Assembly (NCBI GenBank): GCA_002269645.1
Contig: NIVC01002664.1
Span: forward strand, 1-64,000
Length of the DNA stretch: 64,000 nt
From: Macrostomum lignano
Lineage: Eukaryota
Direction: 5' to 3'
The notes below the pieces were generated by a model. It was not told the DNA's origin, made no database searches, and saw nothing but the letters and a program-made list of their open reading frames with translations. This document shows, one piece after another, positions 51,001-61,039 of this stretch. A program made the position numbers and the translations under genes. The stretch's first letter is position 1; each line of letters opens with the position of its first letter.

Positions 51001-51316
51001 CAGTCACGTTGTTCTTCAAAACCCTGTCACAAAGCTTTGGGACAAGAAGGGCGTCGTAGTAGAAGTTGGTCGGCACCAGGACTATATGGTCAAGTTAGTA
51101 AGCGGCCGAATTTTCCGTCGCAATCGTGTGTACATCCGCCGATGTCTACCACAAGAACAGCTCTCTACTACTGGTGCATCTCAGAAGGAAGGTGAAGCAC
51201 AGGACGCCCCGGACAAGCCAAAGACCGCACAGCCAAGGCGAAGTCAACGGTCGAACAAGGGAGTCCCGGCACCCAAGTTGCATTACAGGAAGTTGGGTGA
51301 ACCAGTTAACGCTTAA
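48029..51316 (+). CDS. pol: Gypsy pol (aspartic protease, RT, RNase H, integrase)
   Basis: DTGS; DALKGYHQ and VVDD; TDAS and TDHKPL; HHCC zinc finger (H.SH..YWPGI..C..C); integrase HADF, ADCGPQF, SNGRAEAAVK. Uninterrupted 1095-aa ORF. Confidence 0.95.
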   Translation: MSGQRQNLSSLWQKGHFDRVCRSKNTLSKKPSESSRKGSIQSLIAMLQPDCPVVNVQIGGVTLTMMPDTGSNITAIRVEDMQKLARRPRILEAADGPTAANGQYMKVIGKFRDSISIGETKITTDIYVLDRLTVPVLSWRACVDLGIIPRYFPRQQINSIATRTATAEDLISEFPAVFDGIVRPMKGEAFSIKLREDAQPFSIKTPRRIPFPLYERLKAELDSLEAQEIICKVTAPTQWCAPIVVAPKKDNGIRMCVDFRELNKYVIRPRYQSQTPLEVVASTDASRAKYFSVVDALKGYHQIPLAKESMHLTTFITPFGRYMFRMAPFGISSISEYYNQRLDDTFQGLKEVRHVVDDCLVATSDEESHVQAVRQFLQRCQDNGVALNKKKFAFCKTQIDFAGFRLSADGYSIDPELMKAVRKFPTPNNITDLRAFFGLVNQVGTFTSDIAEVTASLRPLLSEKNLFQWGDEHQTAFEEARRRLAIAPTLAYYDQRKPTALHTDASRLKGIGFLLKQQQTDGSWRVVQAGSRFISETESRYAMIELELLAVVWATQKCRLFLEGLHEFEIVTDHKPLIPILNSYQLDQIENPRIQRLRAKLNRYVYKARWVKGKDNADADALSRAPVDNPTAQDELGESADFQLTNQLLMHLESAELDPILQSVRQSTASDQELQDLMQYIRDGFPNDKANLPLCIRSFWHVRDKLSVDDGIILCGCRCVILHAMRKQILTDLHASHQGLHKTKQRARMVVYWPGIDRDIESTVKQCQSCREHLPSQIREPMTTQDQPDRCFQHIHADFCEHAGKKFLVLVDAYSGWPAFCHFGDRAPTYKLINACREFFCQTAVPEKFCADCGPQFKAQPFVNFLRRWGVNIKYSSPYYHQSNGRAEAAVKSIKKIVRGAWDSRLNDLDKDKMAQGLLQLRNTPMYDGRIPSVMVYGHTVRDTLPAHRKSFAKEWKDKVWKMEEKAAEIHAKVHQHYNASKRQLEPLRVGSHVVLQNPVTKLWDKKGVVVEVGRHQDYMVKLVSGRIFRRNRVYIRRCLPQEQLSTTGASQKEGEAQDAPDKPKTAQPRRSQRSNKGVPAPKLHYRKLGEPVNA

Positions 51317-51595
51317 AAGGGGAGATGAGGAAGAAAGAACTGTAAAACTGTTTTGCTTAAAAGGGGAGATGTTGTGTGCGTATGCGAATATTCGTCTATG
51401 TGCGAAACCATCTGCCCCCGTTTATATATCGACCCCAAACAAGCGACCAAATATATAAAAAAAATCATTCTCGGCCTAGCACCGATTACTGTGGCTTAAT
51501 GCCAAGAACATAACACAAATCCCAGATTCTCACAATTCAGCCATTCAAATCCCAGATCCTCATAATTCAGCTGAACTCCCAATTCCCCTTTCCAG

Positions 51596-52156
51596 GCGAC
51601 TGCAGCTGTCCGGTCTCTGCTGCTCCTGTGCCTGCTGCTCCCAGCCAGCAGCTCGGCCGAGCAGAAGAAGCCGCTGTCCGAGTACTCTGACGCAGACTTG
51701 GAGCGACTCTACAAGCAGTGGGAAGAAAGCGATCCGGACTCGGAGCCCGAGAGCACCAGCTGGAAGAGCCCACAGTTGGATCTGACCAAGGTGCCGGATT
51801 TGACAGATCCCACACTAATCCTGCAGAACTCCAGCCGTGGCCAGCCGGTGCCTCTGATTGTCCGCATCGCTGGAGCCGAGGGTCGCGACTCCGTATGGCT
51901 GGAGAATCTGTCGCGCAACTGGCAGCTGGAGATGTTCAACGCTCACATGGAGACAACTAGGCGAGTTGTAGAAGACGGCACGGTGCAACTGATCGCTCTT
52001 GATGGCTCTCAGGTGGTGAAAGTGCGCGAATATTTGCTAGCCCAGCCTAACTGTTATTCTGTCACTATCGAGGGTCACACTGTACTCGGTAGGGGCGCTC
52101 CAGCTGCTGAAGTGGCCGCTGCTGCCGCTGCTAAAGCCAAAAAGACTGAACTATGA
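51596..52156 (+). CDS. MESD: LRP chaperone MESD (Boca); single exon lacking its own ATG
   Basis: After acceptor cccctttccag|: ATAAVRSLLLLCLLLPASSSA (signal peptide), KKPLSEYSDADLERLYKQWEE, WQLEMFNAH, DGSQVVKVREYLLAQPNCYSVTIEG, and a C-terminal KTEL ER-retention signal. Confidence 0.9.
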   Translation, partial: ATAAVRSLLLLCLLLPASSSAEQKKPLSEYSDADLERLYKQWEESDPDSEPESTSWKSPQLDLTKVPDLTDPTLILQNSSRGQPVPLIVRIAGAEGRDSVWLENLSRNWQLEMFNAHMETTRRVVEDGTVQLIALDGSQVVKVREYLLAQPNCYSVTIEGHTVLGRGAPAAEVAAAAAAKAKKTEL

Positions 52157-52344
52157 ACAGTAGTATAGTAGTGTTAACTTTGTATTTTTTTAAAAATGAT
52201 TTCAACTTTTTTTGTTATGTACACAATGAATTGTCTGCTTTAATCAATTTTTTAAATTACATGTAAATTCATTGTGCGATAACATTTTTTGTGTGATTTC
52301 CTTGTTCAAACTTTATAATATAGTAAAACTTTTTTTTCAACAAT

Positions 52345-52738
52345 ATAAAGTACATTCAGGTCTGTCCCCTCCTGAATGTACATTTACACCTCTACCCCCT
52401 CCAGGGTGTACATTCACAGCTCTACCCCTCAGAGTGTACATTTACATCTCTACCCTCTCCCAGAGTGTACATTCACAGCTCTACCCTCTCCCAGAGTGTA
52501 CATTTACAGCTCTACCCTCTCCCAGAGTGTACATTCACAGCTCTACCCTCTCCCAGAGTGTACATTTACAGCTCTACCCCCCAGAGTGTACATTCACAGC
52601 TCTACCCTCTCCCAGAGTGTACATTTACAGCTCTACCCCCTCCAGAGTGTACATTTACAGCTCTACCCTCTCCCAGAGTGTACATTTACAGCTCTACCCC
52701 CTCCAAAGTGTACATTCACAGCTCTACCCTCCAGTGTA
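52345..52738. repeat. ~30-bp minisatellite (cagagtgtacatttacagctctaccctctcc)
   Basis: Direct tandem copies. Confidence 0.93.
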
Positions 52739-53333
52739 CATGCAATTTGTGGACGCTCCTTAATTGGTTAACATAGGTCAATTAGTTTAGTCTAGTCATT
52801 CTGAGTTTCTTTACACGACACCCTAATATGCTAAAATTCCTTAGTAGTTCTAACCAAAGAATTCTGTGGTTCTAAGTAAGCAATTAAATTCTTCCTGTGA
52901 TGTTGAATCATAAAGGTTGTATCGTGACTTATTTATTATCTTAACTGTTGATTTTGTCATTATATGAATTAGTTTGACCGTTTATTTAATGTTCCATTGA
53001 TTTACTTTTAGTCCTACTTTTAGTAGCAATATACGCTGGTTTTTTAGAAAAACAACCGCAAAATTATGCAAGCAAGAGATTTTCGTCAGTTCAAGTAAAG
53101 CACTGGTTGTGCATAATATTGTTTTAAAATGTACGGTATATTTCCTTAGATCAATCATGCCGGATTTACATTAACAGACCAATTGATTCTACGAGTACCA
53201 CTAAAAATCAAAAGCATTTATTTTGGTCTTCATTTATTTGTTGGAGAAAAGGAAGCCGCTTCTATTGAATCATCTTTTTTGGCTCCTTCAGTTTCTGTAA
53301 AGCTCAGGGTTTGCGATAGAGAGAGACAGTAGT

Positions 53334-53409
53334 TTAACTTGGCCTTGGCTTTACTTTATTGTACAGCACAATCTTCTTGTCTGCATAGCGGCTGCGGGAG
53401 GGTCGCTGC

Positions 53410-53441
<32 letters not shown>

Positions 53442-56400
53442 GAGCCGCTTGATTTCTGCCAACTGTTTGGGCGACAGTTTGGCCTCCCGTTCGGCGACAC
53501 GCTGTGCCACCGATTCCGTCAGCTCTTTGAGCTCCGGGAAGTCGTCGAGATTGTCGATTAGCGGGATCAGCAGTGGCTCGATGCTTGGGTGCTTGCTGGC
53601 TGGAATTGGGCGATGCAGGTGAATTGAGACTGCATTCTTGATGGGCCGAGTGATAGACGGGAATGTACACTCGATTGGGATAGAGAGGCTGTATGTACAT
53701 TCTTGATAGGTGGAGTGGTGATAGTGAAACTGTACACTCGATTGGGATAGAGAGGCTGTGTGTACATTCTTGATAGGCGGAGTGGTAGAGGGGATTGTAA
53801 TATTCCTGCACGAAAACGAGACGCACGAGTTTGCGTGTAGGAAAATCATTGTCTTTTGACCATAGACAAAGTCATTCCTGCACGGTTTTCGAGAAACGTT
53901 AAGAAGAGATGAAAATTGAGTGGAGAGTTTATAGAAAAGTGTATAAAGCTTATTGACTATGGCGTCTGTAATCGACTCGGCTCTGAATCCTCCATTAATT
54001 GATTTTCGCTATGCTACGGTGTCTGGATTAATTGGCGACGAAATGTTTATTGAAAGTGTGTCCAGCAACTTTGAGAGGACGGGCGACGATTTGACTCCAC
54101 TGATAGCGGATTGCACGTTCAGCGAGGAATTAGAGAAACTTTTCAGCTCGGATCCGGAAACCTTGTGTAACCTTGACGAATTGGAAAGTCTGGCCGCTCA
54201 ACTGGAACGCGACAACGAATGTCATTCGACTGTCTCTAAGGATAAAGCTGTGATCAACCGCTTGACGGCCTGGTTGGCGGAGAATAATTTAAAAGTGGAT
54301 TACGCGACTGCTTCGGTGGAAGAAATTGCCAAATGGGTCCGCTACTTCTATGCGACTCTGCGTAAGTCAGACGGCAGCTTCTATTCGCCGAATACAATCG
54401 TAGGAATTCGAGCCGCACTGTTCAGGTACTTTATGAAATTACGTGGCCTCAATATCATCGCTCACGAGGCTTTTCATAGCGCGAATTTGATGGTGAAGAA
54501 TGTTTGCAATGCGTATTTGAAGTCCGGTGGTCGAGTGCAGCATTACGAAGCCATTGAGTCGGACGACCTTGTCAAGCTTGCTTCTTACTTCGACAGAAGC
54601 ACTCCAACACGTTTGCAAGAAGAGGTATATTTCAATGTGTTATTTTATTTCGGCAATCGCGGCAGAGAATGGCTACGAGGTCTCACTGTTCGTTCATTCC
54701 GAGAGAAGGCCCTATCAAACGGAGCTATGGCGATCGAGTTGCAAGGCAGCACCTCAAAGAATGTAAAAGGCTCGAGTGACATGCGACTCTGCGACGACAA
54801 TAAACAGGCCTTGATGGTGGCCAAGCCGGAGTCAAGGCACTGTCCAGTTCAGGCCTTCCAGCTTTATTTGTCGAAAATTACTGCCGTGCCGGGTTGGAAT
54901 CAGGAGGACTTCTTTCTGCGTCCGAAACCACGAGTGAATGCGGATGGCATCTGGTACACCAAAGTACCAGTTGGAATCAACACTTTGGGGCCGTTGCTCA
55001 AGAAGATCTCTTCGAATGCTAACCTGTCCAAGCTGTACACTCCGCATTGTGTGCGACCTACAGTTGTTACGGAGCTGCATGAAGCTGGCTTTTCTGTCGA
55101 AAAAATTGCGAAGGTGACAGGTCACAAGGTGAGCAATTCTTTATTCTTAGTAAGTTTATTGACACATGGACAAGGAATTTATTAAACACCACCTCTATTC
55201 ACAGAATAGCGCGTCGGTAGAACGATACATCTGGAGAGGCAAGAAGAGGGACTCGATCATGGCAGGGATGAGTGATCAGCTGACAGTCGCTCTAGCTGGA
55301 ACTATGCCGGCACCAAGTTCTACATTGAGCGAAGCTCCTGCAAGGGCTGTTACAACTACCGACCCGTGCGCCCTGAGCGACGCTCCTACAAGGGCTGTTG
55401 CGACTACCGACCCGTGCGGATCAGCGTCAATGTCAACTTTCAAGAAGTCACTGGTTGTTGAAGAATCGACCACCACACTTGTAGCAGCCCCCACTAAGCG
55501 GATGAAGATTTTGGCAAACGGCGAAACGAATGTTGTGCAGTTTATTTTCGAGTAAATGCCGAGAGGGGTGTGAGTAGGTCTATAGACTCATTAACTGTTT
55601 CCCTAGTTCCACTTATTATCCTTTTTGTTCTTCCATATTGTTATTGATTACATATTAAGTTGCTTCTAAAAATAAATTGTTAAATCGTGCAGGAATGAAG
55701 TCATTCCTGCACGATAAGCTAACGTATGTCAAGTGATTTCTACCATAGACACAGACATTCCTGCACGATAATAAATCGAAAAAAATCATTCCTGCACGCT
55801 GTGGTCAAACGACAATGTACACTCGATTGGGATAGAAAGGCTGTATGTACATTCTTGATAGGCGGAGTGATAGAGGGGATTGTACACTCGATTGGGATAG
55901 AAAGGCTGTATGTACATTCTTGATAGGCGGAGTGGTGATTGTGAGACTGTATACTCGATTGGGATAGAGAGGCTGTATGTACATTCTCGATAGGCGGAGT
56001 GGTAGATATCTCTAGGCGGAGTGGTAAATATCTCTAGGCGAGATATGTACACTGTAGTACATGTAGGAGGATAATTAAAAACTTTAAGGAACAAAATACA
56101 GTGTACATTGTTTTTATCGATGCAGGCAGTGGTGAGCACTATAGGGTTCTGATGCTCCCGGTTCTAGGAAATATTGATTTTTTATTCTTATCAATTCGAA
56201 TGAGATCATTCTTTGATTAAGCGTTTAAGACTTCCGGGAAGTGAACTACAATTAATCAATCTATGAAAGCTTTTGAACTCCCACCCTTCCTACAATAGTT
56301 TAAATGAAATTAAAAGATACAAAGTACTATAGTTATCCAATAAACCTAATTGGAATTGAAAAAAACATTAGAAGCGCTTTTCACTGTAAAGACTTTTATA

Positions 56401-59400
56401 ATACAAATGATATTCCTGTTGTTGAGTAGTTAATCAGATATATTAAGGAATTTTCCATTTTACTGTACGACCTCCTCTTGTAAGCAATTTAATCAAATCT
56501 GAAGTTAATCCGGCTTTACGTTGAAGAACAATTTGGAAATTAAAATAACTGCGTCTTGCAATAAAGCGTGATAGCAGTTCAAAATGTATTCGAGTGCACT
56601 GCAGACAGTCATTTTAACACATTTCTCATTCACAGATTTAGACCTTATCTACAGATTTCACATCTACAGATTTCTTATCTGCAGATTTCTCATCTACAGA
56701 TTTCTCATCTACAGATTTCTCATCTAAAGATTTCTCATTCACACATTTCTCATCTACAGATTTCTCATCTACAGATTTCTCATTCACACATTTCTCATCT
56801 ACAGATTTCTCATCTACAGATTTCTCATTCACACATTTCTCATCTACAGATTTCTCATCTACAGATTTCTCATTCACACATTTCTCATCTACAGATTTCT
56901 CATTCACACATTTCTCATCTACAGATTTCTCTCCCAGAGATTTGCAATTCCTGCTCACCTTGCAATTTGCACAGAACGACAACATCCCGACTGCCAATCT
57001 GATCCGATAGCGATTCGTGATCCTGCAGCTCGGGCAGCTTGAGCAGTTGGCCACCCACTGTGCTGAGCTCGATGACAGCTGGAGTAGGAAAGTTTTTATA
57101 GATTTTTAGTATGTAGCCAGGCTCTTAAAATTGTGGAAATCCTAGATATTTTTATTGTGAAATGCCTGACAGGAAGCTTAGCAAGTTTCAGTGGGAGATT
57201 TTTTCCAATCTGACAAATAGTTCGCAGCAGGAGGCAAAAAAACACGATTACAGCATTTTTCCCATGAACTTATCTCAACAGAATTTTTTCACGCTTGTAG
57301 CTGCTACAATCACATGTAAGCAATACAGACAACTCATCATCTGTGAGTTCGCTGCGTACGAGTACTCGTATACGCAGTAGTGTTATATTTCCACCGAGTT
57401 CCTCCGGGAGAACTGTAGCATCCAGCTAGCTAGCTGGTTATGACACCAACACTGCCAACCAACATGCTTGACCTGTCACTACACGTATTGGAAATTTCAC
57501 CCTACGTCAGTTGCTTACCGGGCTAAAAATAAATAGAATTGAGGCTTTTTAACGAAACAGATGAGTGAAAAGCAAACCCCAGCAAAATGTTTTTACAGGG
57601 CACAAAAGATCTGCTTTGACTCTTTGGACTTTTAATGTATTGAAAACTAAAAGGGTTACGCAGGATTCTGTTGAGGCACGCAGGGGTCGGAAAAAAGATT
57701 GTGGGGAGAGCCAATCAAAGCCACGTACTTTGCACGCAGAGGACGGAAAACAGGAGGTTAGCGAGAGCCAATCAAAAGCCACACATTTCACACGCAGAGG
57801 GACGGAAAACAGGTTGCGGGGAGAGCCAACCAAAAGCCACGTACTTCGCACGCAGGGGATGGAAAACAGGGGGTTGGCGAGAGCCAACCAAAAGCCACGT
57901 TACTTCGCACGCAGGGGATGGAAAACACGGGGTTGGTGAGTGAGAGCCAACCAAAAGCCACGCACTTTGCACGCAGGGGACGGAAAACAGGAGGTTAGCG
58001 AGAGCCAATCAAAAGCCACACATTTCACACGCAGAGGGACGGAAAACAGGTTGCGGGGAGAGCCAACCAAAAGCCACGTACTTCGCACGCAGGGGATGGA
58101 AAACACGGGGTTGGTGAGTGAGAGCCAACCAAAAGCCACGCACTTCGCACGCAGGGGATGGAAAACAGGGGGTTGGCGAGAGCCAACCAAAAGCCACGTT
58201 ACTTCGCACGCAGGGGATGGAAAACACGGGGTTGGTGAGTGAGAGCCAACCAAAAGCCACGCACTTCGCACGCAGGGGATGGAAAACACGGGGTTGGTGA
58301 GTGAGAGCCAACCAAAAGCCACGCACTTCGCCCGCAGGGGATGGAAAACACGGGGTTGGTGAGTGAGAGCCAACCAAAAGCCACACACTTCGCACGCAGA
58401 GGGACGGAAAACACGGGGTTGATGAGTGAGAGCCAACCAAAAGCCACGTACTTCGCACGCAGGGGACGTAAAACAGGGGGTTGGTGAGTGAGAGCCAACC
58501 AAAAGCCACGCACTTCGCACGCAGGGGACGGAAAACAGGGTGTTAGCGAGAGCCAACCAAAAAGCCACGTTACTTCGCACGCAGGGGATGGAAAACAGGG
58601 GGTTGGTAAGTGAGAGCCAACCAAAAGCCGCGTACTTCGCACGCAGGGGACGGAAAACAGGGGGTTGGTGAGTGAGAGCCAACCAAAAGCCACGTACTTC
58701 GCACGCAGGGGACGGAAAACAGGGAGTTGGTAAGTGAGAGCCAACCAAAAGCCACGTACTTCGCACGCAGGGGATGGAAAACACGGGGTTGGTGAGTGAG
58801 AGCCAACCAAAAGCCACACACTTCGCACTTAGGGGGTGGGGCGGAAAACAGGGGGACAGAAGGATTGACCCGATCTCAAATCTTAAGAGTACGTTCGTAT
58901 AACCATTCCAGTCTACATGTAGATAGCTCTATCTAGTTTATGCAACGTAAGAAACATCTCATAGATTTTAAAACCAATATAAATCTGTTGAGAGCTCACT
59001 ATTTTGATCGAGTTTGCAGCTACGCCTGATTGCGCTGATCAGATGCTCTTTCTGGCACGTGATGTTGAACAGGGCTGTCTTATTGTCTGAAATAAGTAAT
59101 TTTAATTGGTAAAGTGAAATATTTTTTGAATCCGAAAAAATTCAATCAGGTATCATTTTCCCTTAGAGTTAGGTCTGCACATGTATAATACAGCAAACTG
59201 AAAATCTATATGCATTGTATTATCCGTCTAGCCTAAATCTATGCTTAAAATATTCAATTGTCTCCGAAGCATTGGGCAGTTCTCGTATTACAAACCTAAG
59301 AGGCTTTGCAGCCTAATGCATCAGTTGCAGTGGGGGAGCATAGGGAGAGAAAGAGAGTAGAAGAAGAGCATTCAGAACCCAAAGTCGTACCTGAAGTCAG

Positions 59401-61039
59401 AATGGCAACAGGTGAATGGCACTCAGAAACAAGAGATGACAAGACGATAAAGAGAGAGAGAGAGATCCTCTCGTCCCGACATTGATGAAGCTATGCGATG
59501 CTGGACAGTCTCAGATTAGTAAACAGTGCAATCATTTACAACTCCACTCTGTCCCTCTCCATCCTCATCGCTATGGTATTAGTTGATGACCCACATAAAA
59601 ATAGGCCTGGCAACCAATCCCAGTGATTGATGAAGCTGCTACAGAGTTTCCGGTTGATGCTGAGAAGTCCAGAGAGCAAGCAGTTCGAGATTTCCGGGGT
59701 CTTCTCTGTGGGTGAGGATGCCGCCCTATTCAACTAACCATATGACAAAATACTCTCGAAGGGATTCATCAATATGAACTGTTAATACGCTTTGAGTATG
59801 ATTAACTGGTACCCTCGATACACTGCAACAGTAGCCAATCTGCAGTGTTCCGCGGTAATTAGTCTGTCTAGACTAGATGAACACAGACAAAATGTGATTG
59901 TAATAAACTAATATGAGACTTGTCCAAACTGTCATTGGTGATACGATGCTGATTCATTTAGTTTCATAATATTCAACATATTTCCTAGTTTTCTTTCGAA
60001 TCAGGTGACTATTCACTAATGAACTCACTCATTCACTAATTTGCTCATTCAAACACTCATTAATTGCTCATCAACTTACTTTTCATCTTAAGGTGTCACT
60101 CATGAACTCACTCATGAAGTCAATCATGAAGTCACTCATGAACTCACTCATAAACTCACTCATGAAATCGCTCATGAACTAATCAACTCACTCATGAACT
60201 CACTCATGAACTCACTCATGAACTCACTCATGAAGTCAATCATGAAGTCACTCATGAACTCACTCATGAAGTCAATCATGAAGTCACTCATGAACTCACT
60301 CATAAACTCACTCATGAACTCACTCATGAACTCACTCATGAAGTCAATCATGAAGTCACTCATGAACTCACTCATGAACTCACTCATGAACTCACTCATG
60401 AAATCGCTCATGAACTAATCAACTCACTCATGAACTCACTCATGAACTCACTCATGAACTCACTCATGAAGTCAATCATGAACTCACTCATAAACTCACT
60501 CATGAACTCACTCATGAACTCACTTATGAACTCACTCATAAACTCACTCATGAACTCACTCATGAACTCACTCATGAACTCACTCATAAACTCACTCATG
60601 AACTCACTCATGAACTCACTCATAAACTCACTCATGAACTCACTCATGAACTCACTCATGAACTCACTCATGAACTCACTCATGAACTCACTCATGAACT
60701 CACTCATGAACTCACTCATGAACTCACTCATGAACTCACTCATGAACTCACTCATGAACTCACTCATGAACTCACTCATAAACTCACTCATGAACTCACT
60801 CATGAACTCACTCATGAACTCACTCATGAACTCACTAGGCATTGCTAGGCATGAACTCACTCATGAACTCACTCATGAACTCACTCATGAACTCACTCAT
60901 AAACTCACTCATTAACTCATCAACCCTTCCCAGCCCACTCACCGCCGTGCAGCACACAGAAGTACAGCGGTGGACAGGCCGCAGAACCGGTCGCAGAGCT
61001 CCGACCCGAGCCGGCGTCAGCGGCGGTGTCTGGCGTCAT
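53334..61039 (-). CDS. C22orf15/CXorf65-like uncharacterised protein (~189 aa); exons 61039-60943, 59086-59000, 57078-56959, 53599-53334
   Basis: The spliced product reads ...PLYFCVLHGDNKTALFNITCQKEHLISAIRRSCKLDQNTVIELSTVGGQLL...VVLCKLQ...PLIDNLDDFPELKEL..., matching from memory the family pattern (CXorf65 FIKHGDNQQFLVNTNC; C22orf15 LLENLDDHYPEL). All three GT-AG introns are phase 1 and frame-consistent. Confidence 0.8.
53796..55819 (+). mobile_element. Crypton-type tyrosine-recombinase DNA transposon, ~2 kb, apparently complete
   Basis: TGTA direct repeat at both junctions (53796-53799, 55816-55819); repeated subterminal ATTCCTGCACG motifs; internal YR gene. Confidence 0.85.
53959..55555 (+). 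CDS. Tyrosine recombinase (DUF3504/ZMYM-KCTD1-like Crypton type); exons 53959-55128 and 55205-55555
   Basis: LRKSDGSFYSPNTIVGIRAALFRY; YFGNRGRE (R); STSKN (K); TPHCVR (HxxR); VTGHK|NSASVERY (H, Y) joined across a 76-nt GT-AG intron. Confidence 0.9.
56625..56935. repeat. 15-bp minisatellite (atttctcatctacag)
   Basis: HLQIS-periodic ORF artefact. Confidence 0.94.
57700..58830. repeat. ~60-bp minisatellite (gagagccaaccaaaagccacgtacttcgcacgcaggggatggaaaacacggggttggtgagt)
   Basis: Direct tandem copies with variants. Confidence 0.96.
60095..60915. repeat. 12-bp minisatellite (catgaactcact)
   Basis: MNSL/MSEF ORF artefacts. Confidence 0.97.

Larger units (their letters stand above)
47016..51515 (+). 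mobile_element. Ty3/Gypsy LTR retrotransposon, 4500 bp, very recent
   Basis: LTRs 47016-47155 and 51370-51515 are identical over 127 bp and end ..TAACA; TSD CAAAT (47011-47015, 51516-51520); PBS TGGCATCGCAAGCAG at 47156; PPT AAAAGGGGAGA before the 3' LTR; domain order PR-RT-RH-IN. Confidence 0.96.
46283..51572. repeat. 30-bp minisatellite (aaatcccagatcctcataattcagctattc), interrupted by the Gypsy element; arms 46283-47015 and 51516-51572
   Basis: The same unit resumes immediately after the 3' LTR. Confidence 0.93.
53660..56000. repeat. 65-70-bp intronic minisatellite (tgtacactcgattgggatagagaggctgtatgtacattcttgataggcggagtgg...), split by the Crypton; arms 53660-53799 and 55816-56000
   Basis: Joining 53799 to 55820 restores a normal unit (gaggggattgtacactcg). 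Confidence 0.9.

Noticed and set aside
59744-59783. Candidate first exon FILMNPFESILSY for the C22orf15-like gene
   Set aside because: Phase-compatible, but the exon at 61039-60943 gives the much better family match (FCVLHG-D); it remains possible only as an alternative exon.
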